The notes beneath the pieces are model-generated. The model saw nothing but the letters and a program-made list of their open reading frames with translations. It was not told the origin of the DNA and did no database searches. This document shows, piece by piece, positions 60,328-64,000 of a stretch of 64,000 nt of DNA (position 1 is its first letter; each line of letters starts with the position of its first letter). The position numbers and the translations under genes are program-made. The DNA is from the human T2T-CHM13v2.0 reference genome, Homo sapiens: the NCBI RefSeq assembly GCF_009914755.1, contig NC_060930.1. One strand, given 5' to 3'.

Positions 60328-60797
60328 GCTGGAGAAGCATTTTAAGCGCAGGCACTAAAAATAAACTTGTCAAGAGAGGATGCCTATAAGTAAAATACCT
60401 TTTGTCACTTGTTTTTTCTATCAAGAGTAAGAAACAGCTGGGTCCTACCTCAGTCCATGCTAAGCCACCTGTATATTTTTTTCCATAGGCCCCAGGAAAT
60501 TATTTGGCTTTATTTTCCTGTTATATGTTTTTCTTCTCTATTTCCTGAGAGTCTTATCTTCATGATGCTGGCTCTTTATTTTCCTGTGAACCAAGATAAT
60601 CCTCATGTTTTATGACTAACCTCTTTCTAGACAATAAAAGACAGTATAAATACAACAATTAAGTTCAGGGTAGTTGCAAAGGTTTCACGTACTTACTAAA
60701 GTTTTCAGTTATTGTTATTTGATAATGCTGTACGTTTTCTGTTATCTTCTAATAAACAAGTGATAAATGTAAGATAGGAACACAAGAACAAAAGTTC

Positions 60798-60967
60798 TTT
60801 TTTTTTTTTTCTTTTCTGAGACAGAGGCTCGCCTGTCACCCAAGCTAGAGTGCAGTGGTGTCATCTCGGCTCACTGCAGCGTTTGACCTGCCAGGCTCAA
60901 GCGATCCTTCTGCCTCAGGCCCCTGAGTAGCTGGGACTATAGGCATGTGCCACTATGCCTAGCTAAT
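60798..60967 (-). mobile_element. 5'-truncated AluJ (right arm) or FRAM
   Basis: GGCTCAAGCGATCCTTC J-type sequence; stops at the linker AGCTAAT. Confidence 0.8.
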
Positions 60968-61009
60968 ATGTTCATTGTTAAAAACTGAAAAAGTAAAGAA
61001 AGGCATGCA

Positions 61010-61560
61010 GCAATGGTTCTCAAGATTTTCCATGTATAAGAATCAGAAGCATCCTGGGGAAGCTCCTGGAAAGGTGGTCTATGGACCAGTGGCATCAGTA
61101 TCGTCTTAGAGCATGTTAGAACTGCAGATTTTAAGGTCTTATCCTGGACCCACTGAATCTGCATTTTAACAAAATGCCCAGGTGATTCCTATGAATGTTA
61201 AAGTTCACGACATGTGGTATGATTTCATTTGTATGAAATGTACAGAAAAGGCAAATCAATAGAGATAGATAATAGATTAATGATGCCCTGTGGGTGGAGA
61301 ATGGAGATTAACAGTAAAAATACATGAGGGATTTTATTGGGGCAATGGAAATGCTTTAAAACTGATTTATGATGATTATAGCACAGGTTGGTAAAATCTG
61401 TAAAATAACTGAATTGTATACTTGAAATAGATGATATATATAATATGTAAAATATGTCTCAACAAAGTTAGAAAAAGTATATGTTTGCCAAAATGCAGAT
61501 TGCCGAGTCCTATCTTAGATCCCATGTTATTTCATTTAGTTTGTGGACCTCCAACTGAGG
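61010..61560. mobile_element. Nested MER5-type MITE fragments interrupted by an L1MB/MC 3' end (~61215-61476, plus)
   Basis: CAATGGTTCTCAA, GGCATCAGTATC...TGTTAGAACTGCAGA, CCCAGGTGATTCCTATG; L1 piece CAGAAAAGGCAAATCAATAGAGA...CTCAACAAAG. Confidence 0.6.
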
Positions 61561-61669
61561 AACAGTGATACAAAGTAAATAGTAACAACCTAAAACCAAA
61601 ACCCACCCCAACCATCACTTGAACCACTCTTCTCTTCTTCATATGCCTTGAAGAATTCCAGTGTCAGTG

Positions 61670-62431
61670 CATGTAGCTCTACACTTTAATTGCTAGGTAA
61701 TAAATATCCCAAAGTATTCTGGCACCTTTTCACTATATTGATTGTGATAAAGATTTTTTTCAGTATTACAATGTTGCAATTGCAATTTTAATTCTTGCTT
61801 CTATGTACATGTGCAAGTATTTGTTCAGAATAAGCATGTAGAGGTGGAAATTTAATATAACTGTATGAACATTTACAATTTTAATAAATCCTTTAAAATA
61901 ATCTTCAAAAAAGCCCCCAATTTACTCTCCACCAATATGGAGTAAGAATGGCCATTTCCTCTAGATGAATGATTAATAAAGGCTATCAGTCTTTTTCATG
62001 TTACCCATGTATTGGGCAGAAAAACATTATTCATTATTTCAATTTGTATTTCTTTGGATAAGCATACTTTCCATATTTTTCTTCATTTTAATTTTCTTCA
62101 TTCTTCAAACTTATTGTTTTTTTTTTTGCCCATTGTCTTTTGAAGATATATATCGTTTTCTTATTTATTTCTATAAACTTTATTTGTTGTGGTAAACTAA
62201 TCCCGTTTCTTTTAAGAACTAATGCTTATAGTGTGTCATATGCATTTTCACTAGCTTATGGTTTCTTTTATTATCCTAATTTAAAATGTTTATGTAATTA
62301 TATTTGTCAGCCTTTGTATATTAGTTGAGGATATAACTTTTCTAAATAGATACATGTTAATCCCAATGGCATTTATTAATTACCCTTTTTTTCTACTGAG
62401 AGATATTTAATAATTTTCTAAAACTATATTA

Positions 62432-62475
<44 letters not shown>

Positions 62476-62600
62476 CTTCATTTCTAGGCTCTTCATTATG
62501 TCCTTCTGTTTCTTCTCTAGTACAAATAGTTTCAATTACTGCCATTTCAAAATATATTTATTATAAAGCTAGTTCTCCTTCACAGGTTTTTCCTGGCTAG
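61670..62600 (-). mobile_element. Old L1ME-like fragment
   Basis: TAGAGGTGGAAATT, TTTACTCTCCACCAATATG, TTTGCCCATTGTCT. Confidence 0.6.
62434..62471. repeat. (CA)n microsatellite
   Basis: Directly visible. Confidence 0.97.
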
Positions 62601-63486
62601 TATAAAAACAGTCAACATTGCTGTTCAAGAATAAACAAATGATTATCTCTCGATTCCAGGCCTTTCTCATTTTTATTTCCTCTTCTTTTTAGAAAAATTT
62701 GCTGCTAATGGGATACAGGGTGTCATTACACACATTTGCATTACCAATTTTGTGCAAAATAAATTATGGTATATGAAGAGAAGACCAAACATGTTTCTGC
62801 GAACTTCTATATGTCAGGCATCTTAACTGTAGAGATTCTCAAAATAAAAGAAGGAAGTAGGGAACAAGCAAAATCAAGGAGAGCTACTCTAAATTCTTGG
62901 TATGTCAAATATTTTTATCCTATGACTTCCCCAAACAACATCGAGTCTTCAGTGAAAAAATGTGGTACTATTTTTGCTTAGTCAATTAAATCTTTATCTA
63001 TACCTAAATCTCACCCCCCCACCCCCATATATCTTATGTATCTTTCTGAAGAGAATTAGAAACAGTGATTGGGAAGGAAATCAATTGAAGAATCCAATAC
63101 AAGCAGATGTATTCTGAATTTCCTTTTCTTCCTCTTTACTAGTGTGATTCACATGATTACCTTCCTCTGCCTGAGACTTACACGCTGATGTTTTCCAGAG
63201 TTTAATCCTTTCCTCCTTATATCTCCTTATAGATCTTAGAATCAAGTGCCTTTAGGAGAAGGCCAGTAACAAAAGGAGTGGAGCAGGATTTAATAGGATA
63301 GTGCCTGGTGAGAACTGAGACAAACCAGAAGGGGCATGCCCTATTAAATGATGTTCATATTCAAACATTTAATAAATGCCTTACTGGTTCAAAAAATCTA
63401 CCTGGCAACCTTTGATCCTTGACTCTCCTGGGCACCTGTTCCATGCCTGAACTTATTGTTTAATGTGATAATTACTCCTAAGTCTA

Positions 63487-63844
63487 TGTATTAGCCTGTT
63501 TTCACACTGCTATCAAGAAATACCTGAGACTGGGTAGTTTATAAACAAATGAGGTGTAATTGACTCACAGTTCCGCATGACTGGGGAGGCCTCAGGAAAC
63601 CTCCAATCAAGGCGAGGGGCAAAGGGGAAGCAGGCACCTTCATTAGGCGGCAGGAGGGAGTGAGACCCCAGGAAAAGCTTCCACTTTTAAAACCATCAGA
63701 TCTTGTGGGACTCACTCACTATCAGAACAGCATGGGGGAAACTGCTCCCATAATACAGTCACCTCCCATCAGGTTCCTACCTTGACACATGGAAATTACA
63801 ATTCAAGATGAGATTTAGGTGGGATACAGAGCCAAACGATATCA
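63487..63844 (-). mobile_element. THE1D/MSTA-type MaLR solo LTR
   Basis: TGTATTAGCCTGTTTTCACACTGCTAT...GAGCCAAACGATATCA; perfect TSD GTCTA at 63482-63486 and 63845-63849. Confidence 0.9.
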
Positions 63845-64000
63845 GTCTATATCATTAATTCAGTTTTCTCTTCTTAGTTTTAGATCAACATGTCCAATCC
63901 TGTAAGGAACATTTCCAAGTACACATCAGATATACACCAGATAAATATATATATAAACTAAACTCATGTTCTAAACTTCCTCCTCTTCATTTATGTCACA

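Overview
AT-rich hominid (human/great-ape-like) intergenic or intronic DNA. I found no supportable host protein-coding exon, RNA gene, CpG-island promoter or CRISPR array, and I cannot name the locus. The long ORFs in the track are L1 ORF1/ORF2/ORF0 pieces, Alu read-through or chance ORFs. About half of the window is recognisable interspersed repeat: a full-length but dead L1PA2-type L1 (25840-31880, minus, 12-bp TSD), a 5'-inverted L1PA5-type insertion (48168-49618), seven Alu/FLAM elements, MaLR/ERV LTRs (MLT1A, MER50, three THE1, MSTD, MSTB, MER67-like, MLT2), DNA transposons (MER1A, MER8, MER5, Charlie-like, Blackjack-like) and old L1M/L2/MIR debris. I see no new biological system. The best observations are retrotransposition oddities: two sites where successive insertions reused one target (triple TSDs), a 21-nt 3' transduction and a ~520-nt junction deletion in the twin-primed L1, an apparent L1-made retrocopy of a MER41 LTR transcript end, and a full-length L1 that mixes young and old diagnostic sites. 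Subfamily names come from remembered consensus sequences and need RepeatMasker/Dfam confirmation. Boundaries of old repeats are approximate.
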